NCBI GenBank assembly: GCA_965112155.1
Contig: OZ218098.1
Source of the DNA: Podarcis liolepis
Taxonomy: Eukaryota
Length of the DNA stretch: 64,000 nt
Direction: 5' to 3' (one strand)
Position 1 is the first letter of the stretch. Each line of letters begins with the position of its first letter. This document shows, piece by piece, positions 24,978-39,100 of this stretch. The position numbers and the translations under genes are program-made. The notes under the pieces were generated by a model, which was not told the DNA's origin, ran no database searches, and saw nothing but the letters and a program-made list of their open reading frames with translations.

Positions 24978-27900
24978 CAAATGTATATTAAGCAAATCTT
25001 AATATCTTTATTTTATCATGTTTGCAGATTGGAGGTATACAAAGGGTTTTTCTTTTCTTTTCTTTTTTGCAAAACCAAAAGTATTTTGTAAAAAAGAGGG
25101 CGGGATAGAGGGGTTTGGAATTGAGAATTAGATGGCAAAGGAGAAGACTGCAAACAGGCATGAAGGACAGGAGGGCCCAGCGCAGCAGAAAAGCACACTG
25201 AGTAACAACTGCAACCTTTGGTCAGGCTTACTCTGTTTTCTGAACCCTTACTATTTGGTTCTCGCAGTTCTGTGCCTTTCTTCCTAACTGCAATGGCTAG
25301 AAGCATGCTTTGTTATTCAAAATTATGAGACTGGAGAGTCTCAGAATGAAAGATACCAGAATGGATTCCAGGTTCTGTGCTTCCACAATGGATATGCTGA
25401 AAACAGAAAGCTAAGTATAGTATTCCACCCCACACCCACCAAGGGAATTACAGAATGGGTTTCTGGGTTTTTCACCCCTGTTGTTATTCTGTCTCTCACA
25501 GCTACAAAAAACCTACCATTAAAATTATGGACTGGTCAGAGGGCAAACAGGCAAACTTAGCAGGGGATCAAATACTCCCCCCCCTCACTGTAAGTCAACA
25601 CCCTACTAGCCATAAAGTGGATTGACAAGAGGCTGTCACATCGCCTTGGCCAGGGGTAGGCAACCTAAGGACGGATGCGTCTCAATTGCCTTCTCAATCT
25701 GGCCCGCGGACAGTCCAGAAATCAGCGTGTTTTTACATGAGTAGAATGTGTCCTTTTATTTAAAACGCATCTTTGGGTTATTTGTGGGACCTGCCTGGTG
25801 TTTTTACATGAGTAGAATGTGTCCTTTTATTTAAAATGCATCTTTGGGTTATTTGTGGGACCTGCCTGGTGTTTTTACATGAGTAGAATGTGTGCTTTTA
25901 TTTAAAACGCATCTTTGGGTTATTTGTGGGACCTGCCTGGTGTTTTTACATGAGTAGAATGTGTCCTTTTATTTAAAACGCATCTTTGGGTTATTTGTGG
26001 GGCCTGCCTGGTGTTTTTACATGAGTAGAATGTGTGCTTTTATTTAAAACGCATCTTTGGGTTATTTGTGGGACCTGCCTGGTGTTTTTACATGAGTAGA
26101 ATGTGTGCTTTTATTTAAAATGCATCTCTGGGTTATTTGTGGGGCATAGGAATTTGTTCATTTTCCCCCCCAAAATATAGTCTGGCCCACCACATGGTCT
26201 GAGGGACGGTGGACCGGCCCACAACTGAAAAAGGTTGCTGACCCCTGGCCTTGGCTTTGGCTTCAGGATGTTACATTCAAAGCACCCTAACATGAAGTTT
26301 CGGAATTATGGGGGAAAGAAGAGTAGAAGTCCTATCATCTTCTTTGAAGCACCATAAGTTGTACTTTGCTGCTAGAGTAAAGGCATACTTCCAGAGAGGG
26401 ACAACATTCATATGACTCACTGAGCAGCATTAAACAAGTGATGATCAAGTACTTCAATAAAAAAAAATATCACCAAGGGAGGAAGAACACTATGCTCTGT
26501 GTCCCTGATTGTTCCTCTTTTTTTAGACCACCTCCGCTGGGAACAGAGTGCCCCATACCCTGCAAGTAAACCGCAGGACACTCACCCTCCAGAGAAGGAC
26601 TGCTGAGACATCAGTGTGTTGTGACCGTCGTACATGTCAATGGCACGCAGGTCTTGCAAATGGTGGTTGGAGTCAGCCAAGCTGCGCACAGAGGGGGCAC
26701 GGGAACTGCGTTCCATCATTCCTGCATAGGAGTTCCCGGCCTGAGAAGCCTGGACTGTGCCATAGGTGCCAGTGCTAAGGCGGGAGCGGTTGTTGCTCTG
26801 GAAGCGCTGCAAGGTGCGCATGGCCGGCGCGCGGATGACAGGCCTGTTCTGCGGTGCCTCCACACCATCCATCCAGTCGATGGGCCCCTTCATGCCTGCG
26901 TTGGAGCCGGCGCTCATCTGCCTTTCAAAGGTGTAGGATCTGCTGAAGCCGCCACCTGCCCGGTTTTTGTAGAGCGCTGCCTGGGCCAGTGGATCCAGCT
27001 GCTCAGACACAATGCTGTAGTGGTCATCCACACCCCCAGGACTGCCTGGCCCATCCGCCAGGCGCAGGGAGCGCAGGGACATGGTGTCATAGTTCTGATG
27101 CCCCCGGTAGTTCCGCTCGTGAAAAGACCTGGGGCGGGGGGCAGTGCCGGCAGACTGAGACAGCGTGTAATTTGGGCTATAAGCCAGGCCCTTTGGCCCA
27201 ACGCCATTGCTGATGGAGGCCATTCTCTTGTTGGGTCTGAGGTCCACCGCTGAGCGAGAGGACCAGCTAGTAGTTTTCATGGTGCTGTAACCTTTCTTTC
27301 CAGCTGGTGGTTGGTACAGCTACAATGGGAGGAAAGAAGGGAGTGCAATGTTTATTTTCAAAAGGAGATAGACTCTTCTATCAAATGAAATAATGCAGAG
27401 TATTTGGTTTGTCCTGCAAATGCCACACCCCAGCTGCAAGGTCAAGTGGGGTCTTTCCATACCACCCATTTATTTGCCCTTGATGGGCACCCTGCTCAGT
27501 GAACTGGCAGGCCACATTCTGCTCTCAGTTAACAGCCATGCTGCTCTGCACAGAATCTTAAAAGCTGGCAGAGCTGGCTCTGACACCGTCACTGGGATAT
27601 TTTACTGAAACAATCGCTGCAAGATTGCATAGTACCATGGGGACTAGTTTTACAAAAGCAGGGAGGGCAAAAGTGGGAATTAGATTCCTTTAACACTGGT
27701 GGTAATCATCACGACAGTCATCATCACCCACAATCGCAGTTCATTAGCAATCAATAGGCAGCAGAAAGAGCTGGGTTTTTGAACTTACAGAGCTTTTGGG
27801 GGCTGTGCCATTTGTCTGGGATCTGGAGCTGTAGTGCTGCTGCAGAGTGCTGCATTGGCCATTGGTGGAGTTTCCGCCTGCAGGACAAGAATACATTGAG

Positions 27901-30900
27901 CTCACTTAGCAAGGACAGTATCGCTTTGTTTGGCAAACAGTCCAACAGTTGGGGCAGCAGGACAGCAACTGGCTGGAGTTGACTAAACTTGGAAGGAGAA
28001 ATACAATATGCATGAAAATATCAGACTTTACCCTTCAAATTCTAGAGGTCTGGATTCTGGGTCCATGGCAGACCTCAATTTCTATGTTAATCAAAACAAG
28101 TGTCTTGGCTTCAATTACTCCCATGTTATGTTTCCCAGTTAATCCTGGAAACTAGTTTATACTGTTACGGTTGGTTGTTCTAGCCTAATATTGTCCCCTC
28201 AGACTGGAAACAGTTCTCCAGGGTCCCAGGCACAGGTCCTTCTCAGCCCTGAAATGAGAGATCCTGTTAACGGGAGATGCCACAGGCTGACCCTGGGTGT
28301 CATGATTCCAGAGTGACCAGGACACAAAAATAGAGACTATAGCATCACCGGCCTAGGAGCTACATCAGGTTCCTGACTCTGTCTCCAATGTTGGTTCAGG
28401 GAACCACTGAAGCCCATCTCATACAACATGAGATGCAGCCACAAATGGAATCTTCCCCAGGGCCCATGGAACTGAGTGCCTCTCATACTAGCTTGCCAGT
28501 CTAATGGCAAAGAGAGTGTGTGCCAGGTAGGAAGCTATAGAGTGCAGGAGAAGTCCCAGTCCTCAGGCCAGGGGGTGGGCCTTCAAGGGACTCTAGCAGG
28601 AGGAGCCTAGGAGAGGTGATTGGAGGCAGAGGCTCAAATTTTCAATTCCAGCTCTGGTTTGAGCAAGTTGCTCAACTAAGAGCTCTTCTTGCTACATGGG
28701 CTCCTCCATGGGACCAGAAGAGGACAGTAGTGGACACTGCACATAGAAGTTGTAGTTCCTGGAAATAAAGGCAGAGGTACATCAAGAAGAATCCACCTAA
28801 TCCAGCATTCTTTTTCTAGCTGAAAACTTGTAAAGCAAGACATAGCATGATGTCTATGCTATTTGTCCACCAGAAACCACTATCCTCCATCTATATTTGG
28901 GAGATTCAATGTCACTGTCATGACTTCCTGCAATATATATCTTAGACCATGCAGCCTGTGTGATGAAAGACCATGGTGGCTGTCTATGACACAGTTCCAT
29001 ACCTTATGGCAGCCCAGGGAATTCAGAGAAGTGGAAGCCACCAGACCTTTGACCTTATGAATCCTCCACCACACAGGGACTGGCCTTACTCAGGATTTTA
29101 TTTACCTTCAGAACCCTGTACTAACTTCTTAAGCAATGTCACCTCTTTAGTCCTAGGTATTCTGGTTGGGAAACAGTTGATTATGTGTGTGGATTACCTT
29201 ATCTTTTTTCTCACCTACCCAGGCCTTTGACAAGTGACATTTTATACACCAAATTGTTCTTTCCTGGGTGCTTTTGGGATTGCATCCTTGGTTTATCTAA
29301 CCAATGTTCTTTAAGGACCTTGCTCTCACTATGATCTATATTTCATTCCTATTGATAACTCATTTCTGGGGACACTACAGTTACTCAGAAGTGTGGAATA
29401 TGTTTTCTGCAGTTACACAGAGGAACTTTTGGCCAACCTAACTTTGTATATCTCAGGGATGAACCCTGTCATTAGAAACAGATCCTAGGAATGAACCCTG
29501 GCAGAAATTAAATCCTAGTACTAACTTGAGCATTGATAAATGCTGAGTAGCACAGGGCTATTTACTGCTTGATAGATTCCTGGATATGAAAGCTTCTGTT
29601 AATTCAGTCTAAAATTACACTGGCCTCCATTTCACTCCACTGCATGAAACTGTTGACTCAGTTGGTTATCTATTATCACCCTTAAATGCTTGTTGGCATC
29701 ATGACTGCATAGCCAATTATCCAATAACTTGTCAAGGGTCTCTGACCTGAACCTAATTTTAAAGCTATCCCTCATTGCCCTTGCAATGTCCCTCTTGTCC
29801 ACCATATGTTCCTAGTCATTTGGATTTGCCTGCAGCCAAACCTTATATAGCTCGGAGAGGCCATCCATTGTAGCGCCTGCCAAAACCATAGCAAAAAGCT
29901 CGCAAACACATCGAGGTGTCCCACACTTTCTGGAGCGTAAATTACTGTTACAAAAATGTCCTTTATTTCAGAACCTCCTTGTTTTCCACAAGACAACTGT
30001 CTAGCTTCCACTCTTTGAGCTTGTCAGTTCTTCCAAAGACACCTTCATCCTCTACAAAGGCTCAAAGCTTTTCACAAAGAACACAAGGGCATAATAAGTA
30101 CCTTGCTGGTTCAGATCAAAGGTTTACCTAGCCAGTCCATCATTCTGCCTCAGAATGTGGGCAGCCAGGTGTCTCTGACAAACTCACTAGACAAAAAAAT
30201 GGCAACAATCATACCCTTCAGTTCGTTTCCAAACAGCTGGTATTCACTTAAACTAGGGATGCAGCCTCAAAACATGGGAATGTTTGCAATCATGGGTAAC
30301 ATCTATCAAAAGTAAGCTAAGCTTGAACTCATCACCATACTTGTGGTAATTCACACCATTAGTTAATGAACCACTCTATGAATAACTAATTTTTCTTCAT
30401 CCTAGACCAAATATTTCCTTGAGCAACTTTGTGTTCTGTTCTTATGGGAGAAGGTGGACAATTTCTCTCTCTCCATTCTCTTCACATCATTCATGATTGT
30501 ATAAACTTTAGCTTATGCCCTCTGAGTTGTCTATTTTCTAAGCCAAGTAAAGTATTATTTCATTTTTATAGGAATCTTGACTTCCCCAATTATCTCTCTC
30601 ATGTCAGGTTGTTTTGTCTTTGCTTGACCCTCATTTAGAGGCTTCCATCTTCCATTTTAAATTCATAAGACTGAGATATGAGTTATCCTCCATCTTACTG
30701 CATTTGGCTCTTCCCTTTCCTGTCATCCATTTATTTGTGGTGGTTTTCTGATGCTCTTTTAATCAGATTGTAATAGCATGGTGGTTCACATTCCACCTAC
30801 GCATGAATTCCTGGATAATATCCCAGAACACACTGTATTGGGATCTGGCACAGTGCCTTCTGGGTGATGACACCTCCAGTCACTTTTTGGGAAGAAAGTG

Positions 30901-33105
30901 GAAATGGCTACACATTTTGGAAAGATGATCTATTCATCCATTATGATTAAAAATCATTAGCGTGGTGATTATTAAAGGTGCCCTTGTTCAGAGGTGCTTG
31001 CCTCCTAGGGCTACTGCAAGGTAGAAGGGGGAAATGAAAATGGCAGGGAATCGTACTGGCTTTGCACTTGTCAGAGGCCCAGATGGGACATAACACTAAG
31101 CCAAACCATGACTTAGAGCAGGTATCCCCAACCTTCGGCCCTCCAGATGTTTTGGACTACAATTCCCACCATCCCTGACCACTGGTCCTGTTAGCTAGGG
31201 ATCATGGGAGTTGTAGGCCAAAGCATCTGGAGGGCCTCAGGTTGGGGATGCCTGACTTAGAGTGAATAACCAAACGTGCAGGTTCCCAGAGAGAAGACTG
31301 GCCACTTTGCTTTTTCTCTGGTCCTGCTGCTGCCATGCTGCTGTGAGCTGAGCATGGCAAACCATAGAACAAACCTTGGCTACAGCTCACAGTTTGTCTG
31401 GAGCAAGATAAACCATGAGCCCAGGTTTGGACACAACACTAAGCCAAATCACGGCACGGTGCTGTATGTTCTTCTCCCAGCTGTGTCACACACAATCCTT
31501 GATCACAGGTCATATTGTGGGTGAGAGAAAAGGAAAGACCAGGACATTAGCACTGAACAAGTTTGCATCGGCAGTGTTAGTAGAGGAAACCTCCAAAGCA
31601 AAGGCACTTGCTTCCTGTGCCCTTCGCAAAAGGGACCCTATAGTCATAGTTTACAACTCAAGTGCCAAAGAACAGTGTGGGAAATGGCTTTGGAGCTGTC
31701 CTCTCACTTTCTTATCTGCAAAATGCCTGGTTTTTCTTCTTGCTTGGCTGCACTGGTTCTCCTTTCTGACAAACAGAAATGCAAGACAATCCCACAGAGG
31801 GGCTAGCTAATAAGCTTCATCTCCTTCTGTTCCCTCTCCATTAACTTTCTCCACTCCTTCTTTCCCAGGCATCCTTTCATTTTGTATAAATATTAAAACA
31901 CTTTTTAAATGGTTGCTTAACAAAGGCCCTTTTTAGAAAGCTGTAACCTGGCACAGTTCCTGGATAGCTGAAGGGAGTTGACCAGCTATCAGCGCAGCCA
32001 TAATGCTACTGAGTGATTGTATTTCAGAAGCTGCAGAGTCATCGGGAGAGACCCGAGCCAAAATCCAGCAAGTAGAATGTTTTTGGTGGGCTCAGATTTT
32101 GTTCTGAGCCAATGTTTAATGTTTTTTCTCAGAACCATCTGACTGCTTTTGCGGCTGTGAGGGAGGAGATACGTACAGCAGTATCCCATATCCACTTTAG
32201 AAGAATCTGTAGAAGATAACAACTTAACTCAGAAGAAGTGTAAAACATGGTTTACCACTAAACTTGAATGAACAAAACCTTATTTTGAATGATGTTCAAG
32301 CCAGACCAAGAAACAAGTCTTAACCCCTATGGGCAAGTTTACACTAGCAGTTTTTTGGATGATACCATATGAGATGCACCCCTAAGACTGGAAATATTGT
32401 GCATTCCCCAGAGACAGAACACCATTGGTGTGCCTGGTTTTTTTTGTTTGTGTGTGCATGTGTTTTAAAGCTGGGGAACAGTTTTTGCTCCTAAGACATG
32501 CTGTACTCTTAAGCGCTTGGCACAGAACACGCTAACTAGCTAGCTACACTATTGCAACATCAAGTTATAATGACATAGCAAATATGCTAGTGCACAAGCT
32601 TAGAGAAGTAGTATTATTTAATGCTTAAAAACAGCACCATGGACTGGTTTAAAAGATCTATGGTAGTTCAAAACATCAAAAGAAAATCTATACAAATGGT
32701 CACTAAGCACAGCTCAGAAGAGGGAGGAAAAAGTTGCTACTACCAAGCAAGAAACACCATTTATGTGAAGCCTGTCACTTAACTCAGAGGTCACAAACAC
32801 AATGCCCATGAGAACCAATATGCCCACCAGTTCCTTCTATGACACCCTCAAAAGGTATCAGTAAATATCCCCTCAAAAACCCATAATGTATGAGGGACTA
32901 TTTGCTCTTACTGCTCACTTCCTGATTGCACCAGCTTGGTCTGTCCTATATTCTCCCATAGGAGCCATTTTATGTTCTGCCACACCCCCATGGCAGCCAT
33001 TTTGTGACTGGCACCCACAGCCTTAAACCCTTTGTTCTTTTTAAAGAATACCATTTTCATACATTAATCCCTTATTACGCTTTCCTTTCTCTCTGTGTGT
33101 TCTCC

Positions 33106-33140
<35 letters not shown>

Positions 33141-33155
33141 GCACGCACGCACATG

Positions 33156-33187
<32 letters not shown>

Positions 33188-36100
33188 ATGTTTAGTGTAT
33201 ATGAGATAATAATATGGACAATTTCCTCAATCAAGGAACAGCTGCTAGAATGGGACTCCTAAAACCAGTGGGAGAAACAAAAGGGGTGTCTAGAATTCAG
33301 GTCCATTAAAATGGTGTGAATAATGTTTTAAGGCCTGGTGTCAAATCATATAGCATACAAAACACCACAAAGAATCACCATTTATTTACACTACAAAGGG
33401 GAAATGGAGGTGGAAAGGATAAAGAAACACTGCATAATTAAGGAAACTACCACGCCTATCTTGTGTAATGCACCAATGTTTAAAGGTCTAGATTTTGTAA
33501 AAGCTTAATGAAGCTGCAGTGAGAGAAAAATACAGTGGTACCTCAGGTTAAGTACTTAATTCGTAACGGAGGTCTGTACTTAACCTGAAACTGTTCTTAA
33601 CCTGAAGCACCACTTTAGCTAATGGGGCCTGCTGCTGCTGCCACGCCACCGGAGCACGATTTCTGTTCTCATCCTGAGGCAAAGTTTTTAATCCGAGGTA
33701 ATATTTCTGGGTTAGCGGAGTCTGTAACCTGAAGTGTATGTAACCTGAAGTGTATGTAACCTGAGGTACCACTGTATGCACCTGCAACACTAGAGGACCT
33801 TCTCCTGAAAGAGACAGGAACCAAAGTATTTTCCAAATAGGATACTTTAGTATCTAGCAAATACCTTTGACAAACTAGACTGCTACACTGACTAGATTTA
33901 TCACACCCTTTGGGAGATTTTGTTTTCAGCGCTTACCATTTGGAATTGCAAGTGCTTCCTAGATTTTTTAAACAAAGATGACAGAAGTCCTGAGAGAGAT
34001 AAAAGGAGTAATTGTCTTCCTGAATGACATTCTAATACAGAGTACATCAGTGGAAGAAAGACCATGACAAAACACTGGTCACTGTCAGGAATAAGATCCA
34101 TTAATCTGGACTCAATATAAACAAGGAGAAATGCATTTTTCATCAAGGTGAAGTTGAATTACTTGGACAACTAATCACACAACATGGGACAAAGCCATGC
34201 CTAGAGATGGTAAATGCCATCAAAGAACTGAAAGCACTGAAGGCTACAGAACTGAGACAATTTCTGGGAATGCTGAACTATCTTTCTATGATGATATTTG
34301 TACAATACTTCAAAAGATAAACAACCACTACACCGATTATTGAAATCCACTACTTCCTGGTTTTGTGGATCAATTCTGTGGGCTATCTTTAAAAATATAA
34401 ATGAGATGTTCGCCAATCTTAGTTTTAGGATGCCACAAGCCTACAATGGGTAGCACTGATGCAAGAAACTGCAGATTTAGAAGGCGTGCTATTACAATTG
34501 CATGGTTCAGAATGGATGCCAGTCACATTCTGCTCTAGAACTCTAACCAGAGCAGAAAAAAATATTATGAAAAAATTGAGAATTTTTTTTGCTAGTGATT
34601 GGTCATGCAAAAACTTTTACAGATACCTATGTGATCTGTCTTATTTCAGATTCGCAGACCATAATCCCTTTGTGACCTTGATTAAAGAAAAAAACATGTA
34701 GCAGAATATATTACAAGAAAACAATTGATCATAGCAGACACCTTGTCACAAAGTCCCACAAGAGCCTGATTATATTCTGCTGAGAGTGAACATGGAATAC
34801 TTAACAAAAACTGATGATATCTTCTTCCTATCACTGAGAAGGTGCAATCACCAAAAGCAAACTCTCGGGCTTGCATAGTAGAACTAACAGCAATGTTACT
34901 GTCACGACTAATACTTACTCTGAGTTATTTGGAAGCTGTCAAGGTAAATGACCGAAGACCTGAACTATCAAGTAGTTTAACAGCACTGATGTACTGGTTG
35001 TTTATTTAAATAAGGAAGGGATGTTGTGTGGATAGTGTCATTCTCTGGTTTGGTCAGTAGGTGGCATTGTACTTAGTTAAATCTAAATGGCTTCAAGAGT
35101 TTCCTTTGTTGGTTCTTTCTTGTTGGAGACAATGATGTTCTTATCTAGCTGCCTGACTGGGATTCCCTCTAAGCCTTCCATGACATGTGATAACAAATCT
35201 ATTTAGAGTAATGCTTATACAAATCAAAACTAATTATTATGTGCAAAGACGAAACCAAACCAAAGGAGTTGCTATGGGAGTGAAAAAAGGGTTGTGCAAA
35301 CTAACCTTGCATGTCTCCATGTTATACTAATTAATTCATTACTTAGAAACGTATGAGGTCAGCACTTAAAGAATGTGTGAACCTTCCTAAGTGTTGCACC
35401 ACAATAAAGACACCCTCAGTTTTTCCTCCTCTGAAAGAAATTGTCCTCTTACCGTAAAATGTAAGTAAAGTGGGGGAATCTCTCTTCATACCAGAAGATT
35501 AGGAAACTAGGTCTGTTTCTGCAGAGGCTTTCAACTTATTAAGCTAAACAAGATAAGCTTTATAGAGGAAATGCAGCGGTCAGAGTGAAAATTCCTCCCA
35601 TTTTACTGAACAGCTGCATGTGTAGTTATCAAACATGACCCTAAGTTAAAAGAATAATCATTTAGGAGCTGTTTGCCAAATAAATCCAATGACAGATGAG
35701 GCTGATTTCCCAGCAGTGGAGGAGACACAAACCAGGCTCAAAGCCGCAAATAAAATCTGAGCATTTCTCATTAATGCAGGCACACCTCATTTATTGTGCT
35801 TTGCTTTATTGTGCTTCACAGATATTGCTCCTTACAAGGATGCAGGTGCAGCTGCAGGCAGCCCAGCCACATCCAAGGGAAGGAAGCGCCCTGCTACCAC
35901 CCTGCTTCTGGCTACAGGAGTGGAGCTGGCTAGTGCTGGACTTGGGCTTTCCCCCTCCTGCCCCTGATGACGGGGGGGGGGGGCTGGCTTAGTAGCCTAC
36001 AGCATAGAGAAAACATAACTTTTATATGCACTAGGAAACAAAAACAAAAAATGTGTGACTTGCTTTAATGCAATATTTGCTTTATTGTGCTGGCCTAGAA

Positions 36101-39100
36101 CCAAATCCATAATATCTCCGAGGTACACCTCCTTCCTTCTCTGTGGCATTCTTTGTTTTGCAGCTACTTTTTAGCTCAAGGGGCTGGCTTAGAGCAGGAT
36201 GGGAAACCTGTGGCCCTCCAGATATTGTTTGACTGTGTAGCAAGACACCCCACTGTATACTTTATATATGGAGGACCAGATTTTATTTCTCACTTATTCA
36301 CTTTCTAACCACCAAATATTAGCATTAGTAATATAGTTCTGATAACTATATTCCAGAAGCTATGGTATGATAGATGTGGTGCAAAACCATCTAGACACTC
36401 TTTTATAATTAAATATATTTATTTATTATAAAATAGAGGTATAATAAGGCGAGTTTTATACTTCAGTTTGTTACTATTGTTTTAAGACATACTTATATTT
36501 GCTCTAATAAGGTTCCTGTATCTTTAAATGACAGTTATAAAGGTTTACATAAGGCTGGCTGGTAAAACTTAGTTCGTAACCCTATTTAACTTAATACCGC
36601 TTAGTCTTTCTTCCCAGTCAATCTCACTACCAAGTCCTTTGAGACAGGCTTGCAGGCAGTTCTCACTCTGGACAGCTCCAGAAGCTCCTTGCCGAATTCC
36701 CCTCATTCCTTAATGCCCTTATACGTCCTCATTGCCAATCTTCAGCTTATTCAGTGATCCAGCTCTTTGGGGGCAGACTATCTTTCCAGCTTGGATAGCC
36801 TCTAGCCTGTCTTCCACCTGCTTCAACTCCTTCCTCTCCCTCTCCCTATCTTTGCCCCCTGTTCTTCACCCCTCATCATTTGTCAGCTTCAACAGTAGTA
36901 GAATAGACCTATTTATGTCCCAGCCAGCCTATTCTTCAATGAATCAGATTTGATTCATTAAATCCCTCCCTCCTCATCAGCCCACTTTCCCCATCCAATA
37001 AGTGACCAATAAATTCTGCCCAATATGCCAATCAGAAATGTAGTTTTCCAGTTGCAGGAAAATGGGATGGCTTATTCCTCAGTAATGACCATATCTTTCT
37101 TGTTTTACTTGAATATTTTTATTTGTTATGTCTGCGTCTCATTCTTCCTCCAAGCTGCTCAAGGAAGTATACTTGGGAGGTTGTCTGGTTTATCCTTGGA
37201 TCACCACTGTGAGGAAGGTTAAGTCCATGCATAATGGCTAAGCAGTGATGTAAACCCAGATGTCCCCAGTCACAAAGGTCAGCTACGTATTATGTGCATA
37301 ATCTGCTATTGGATCACTTGTTATTTAAAAGGCAAAATGTAGATGGGGGAGGGCTGTCAATTTATTTGAAGCAGAGTATATGCATACGACTTTCCTCCTG
37401 CACTGTTTTCCTGAAATTATCTCCCCAAGCAAGACGGAAAGTGCCTATATTTTTCCCCATGCAGGGCAAATGCAGCTGTGTGAAAGATTTTGATCAGGAA
37501 AACAGTGTAAGGAGAGACGTATAAAAATACACATCTCATGTACTGCTCCAAAGAAATAGGCAACCTTCCCCACCCACACCCCTTGTTCCTCCGCCCCCAT
37601 TTAAAAAAATGGGGAGATCATGATAGCTGGCTCCAAGCCTAGAGATCGATCTAGCCACACTACACCACACTGGTTCTGACTGGTGTTAACAACTTTTTTT
37701 CTTCTCATTGAACATCCTTTCCAAAGCAACCTTCTGTACTGAAGAAGTTGTCTTATGCCTAATATACAAGATACAGATACAGCAGAGATGGAGGTAGTTG
37801 AGAGTACTATGGATCAACACGGGGGCAGATTTTATGTTATGAAGGAGCCCAGAACTGAAATGGCACAACGCAGGCTAGCGTTTCCCCGCAAATCTGAAAA
37901 TTTTATTTTAGAAATCTGTAAGAAAAAATGGAGTATGTTTACTATTTTTTATGTTATCATGATTTTTAAAGGATTTGTTGCAACACAATATTTTAATTTA
38001 TAAACCACTCTGTATAACTTATATAAAGGTAGGGAATAGATAGGGGGGAAAGTTAATAAACAAATGAACAAAAGAGCCCTTGTGAGAATATGTAGGCTTG
38101 GCAGTGGGGAGGGCGAACTAATTATGTAAGCAAATATTCCACCTACAAGTTAGTGTAGAACTCACTATATGATTGATTAGAGCAGGCTGAGCACCATTTG
38201 GATAAGCCAACAATTTGTGCTACCAAAAACTAAAAGGAATTTAGTACAACAGGGGGGAAATCAGATACACTTGCAGGCCCAAGCAGGATTCAACATGTTG
38301 TGAAACTTTCGGCTGACAAAGGAGAAGCAGCATGGGATGACAGGTCAGAAACTACTATATGGAGAGAGTCTCCTAGCTTGTGGGAGGTGGGAATAAGAGA
38401 AGAAGTTGTATCACATTATGGCTTCACAGCATGGTGTGTTTGTGGCTCCCACAAACAGGGTAGCTGAAAAAACAATCCGGCAGACGTATTTGACTCAGTT
38501 TCCAGTAAAAGCCTTACCTATTGTTCTTGAACATACGTGATAACTTTAAAGCACATTCAAAGCACATTCTTTCTCTCAAACAGTTCTGGGCACTGTAGTC
38601 GACCCCTCACAAAATCACAGAATTACAATTCCCAGCAGCCCTTAAAAACCCACAGTGCACAGAATTAATCAAGCTGGCGGTGGGTGGGGGATGTGCTTCA
38701 AATGTAGTATCCACTCTTTGCATTCTGAAATCCTGTACTGGATAGTGGAGCAGCTGCTTTCACAGATTTTGTTTTTATACATTTATTTACTTCCGTAGCA
38801 TACTCATAGAAATAACAATGACAACAAGTATTTAGCAACACTGTGTCCCTGGCGCTCAGGTATCCTTTACAATCCTGTCACCCTTGTTGTAAGTGACTTC
38901 CTAATGAAAAGTTAATGTGGAGATGTGAGGAGATAATTCATTCGGGCCAAAACAGGTGGAATTCCCACTTATCATCAGTAAGTACACACTGTCACACAAA
39001 TGATAACACCAGGGGCAAAGTATAATTTACACAGCCCTCAGAGGGAGAGTTTGAGTTTCAGCCCACTCTTGCTAGTGCTATTTGGTGTGTCCACCTGCCT

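Noticed and set aside
25727-26143. CRISPR-like appearance of regular repeats
   Set aside because: Head-to-tail units with no unique spacers, in eukaryotic DNA inside a hAT element.
26621-27253. 210-aa plus-strand ORF
   Set aside because: Antisense to GC-rich PKP3 exon 3.
28298-29232. Possible Gypsy-type solo LTR (TGTCATGA...TGACA)
   Set aside because: Only vague compositional resemblance; no TSD or partner LTR confirmed.
32137-32207. Alternative candidate for PKP3 exon 2 (DSSKVDMGYCC...)
   Set aside because: Phase-compatible, but the donor is weak (GTTCTG) and there is no similarity to PKP3; 27789-27877 fits far better.
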